This document shows positions 62,935 to 64,000 of a DNA stretch of 64,000 nucleotides, one piece after another; position 1 is the stretch's first letter; every line of letters begins with the position of its first letter. The stretch comes from Octopus bimaculoides (taxonomy: Eukaryota), in the NCBI RefSeq assembly GCF_001194135.2, contig NC_068983.1, forward strand, positions 9,436,787-9,500,786, in the 5' to 3' direction. The notes under the pieces are model-generated. The model searched no databases. It was not told the origin of the DNA and saw only the letters and a list, made by a program, of their open reading frames with translations. The position numbers and the translations under genes were made by a program.

Positions 62935-63160
62935 AACGCAGTAATTTGGCATAATCATTACCGCACCGAACGAAATGCTTTGCGACATTTCTTCTGGAAC
63001 TTTATCTTCAGTGTTCAAATCCCACTGAGGTCGACTTAACCACCCGTCCTTTCGGGATCGTTGAAATTGGTACCAGTTGAGCAGCGGGGGCGATCTAATC
63101 GGCTTCATTTCTTCCCCAAAAAATAACTCGCCTTTTCCCAACATTTGAAACCATTATTAT
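62935..63160 (+). mobile_element. Diverged SINE-D with an (ATT)n tail
   Basis: gtgttcaaatcccactgaggtcgac...gtaccagttg...tttgaaaccattattatt. Confidence 0.6.
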
Positions 63161-63269
63161 TGGTGTTGTTTATGTATTTTGCTCTTGCTGAAAGGAAACA
63201 GAAAATGCGTGAGCAATAGTAATTATAAACTCTCATGCGTGATCACTAATTATTGATCTTATTTTTTAT

Positions 63270-63660
63270 TTGTTGCAGTCATTCGATTTCGCACGTGCTG
63301 CACTCCCGCCGTGAACGGTTTTTTAGTCGAACATTTCTTTTCTTTTAAACCTGGTACTTATTCTAACTGTCATTTTTTTCTGCCGAACCGCTAAGTTAGA
63401 GAGATATAAACAAAACAACGCCGGTTATCAAACGGTGGTGGCTACCGGCACAAAACCGATACACACGCATATATATATATGCACGTATATACATGTATAT
63501 GGGACGAACTTCTTTCAGTTTTTCGTCCATCAAATCTACTAAAATGACTTTAGTCTGCCCAGAGGTAAAGTAGAAAACAGTTGTCCAAGGTGCCATGCAA
63601 TGAGAGTGAACCTGTAACTATGTGATTGGGAAGCGGACTTCTTACTACACGCCTAGGCCT
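63270..63660 (-). mobile_element. Diverged SINE-A
   Basis: gccgaaccgctaagtt, ttctttcagttttt and ccaaggtgccatgca match SINE-A. Confidence 0.6.
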
Positions 63661-63749
63661 ATATAGCCATACCTGTGCTTATATAGTTATGAATGTGCCA
63701 AAATCGCTACGCTTGCGCCTATATAAAAATGGCCGGTCCTATATCTATA

Positions 63750-64000
63750 CTTCTCTCTTTTTACTCTCTTTTTCTTGTTTCAGTCATTTGACTGTAGCCA
63801 TGTGGGAGCACCGCCTTTAGTCGAGCAAATCGACTCCAGGACTTATTCTTTGTAAGCCTAGTACTTATTCTATCGGTCTCTCTTGCCGAACCGCTAGCTT
63901 ACGGGGACGTAAACACACCAGCATCGGTTGTCAAGCGATGTTGGGGGACAAACACAGACACACAAACATATACACACACACATACACACACACACACACA
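63750..64000 (-). mobile_element. SINE-A 3' part, cut by the window end
   Basis: Near-identical to 24805-25015. Confidence 0.9.

Overview
AT-rich, gap-ridden eukaryotic (animal) scaffold. The SINE and LINE repertoire looks like coleoid cephalopod, probably Octopus, but that is recognition from memory, not a database result. No complete protein-coding gene is visible. Nearly all ORF-track entries are artefacts of microsatellites, N-gaps or SINEs. The window is intronic or intergenic, with one well-signalled 69-nt candidate exon (43620-43688, +) and one weaker 180-nt candidate (2033-2212, -). Its content is a dense transposon landscape. It holds four tRNA-headed SINE families, labelled A-D here, with shuffled modules. 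It holds several restriction-like-endonuclease (RLE) non-LTR retrotransposons: R4/Dong-type copies sitting in (TAA)n, a related lineage associated with (CATA)n, and a HERO-like fragment. There is also a CR1/L2-type LINE 3' end that shares its tail with SINE-A, two internally deleted mariners, a hAT-type MITE, a Mutator-type MITE carrying (TTAGGG)3, two 165-bp TG..CA elements with 5-bp TSDs, and foldback elements. The most unusual structures are (1) a ~580-bp palindrome with two outward-facing tRNA-Thr(CGT)-like genes and (2) stacks of microsatellite-targeted retroelements nested in the (ATT)n tails of SINEs.
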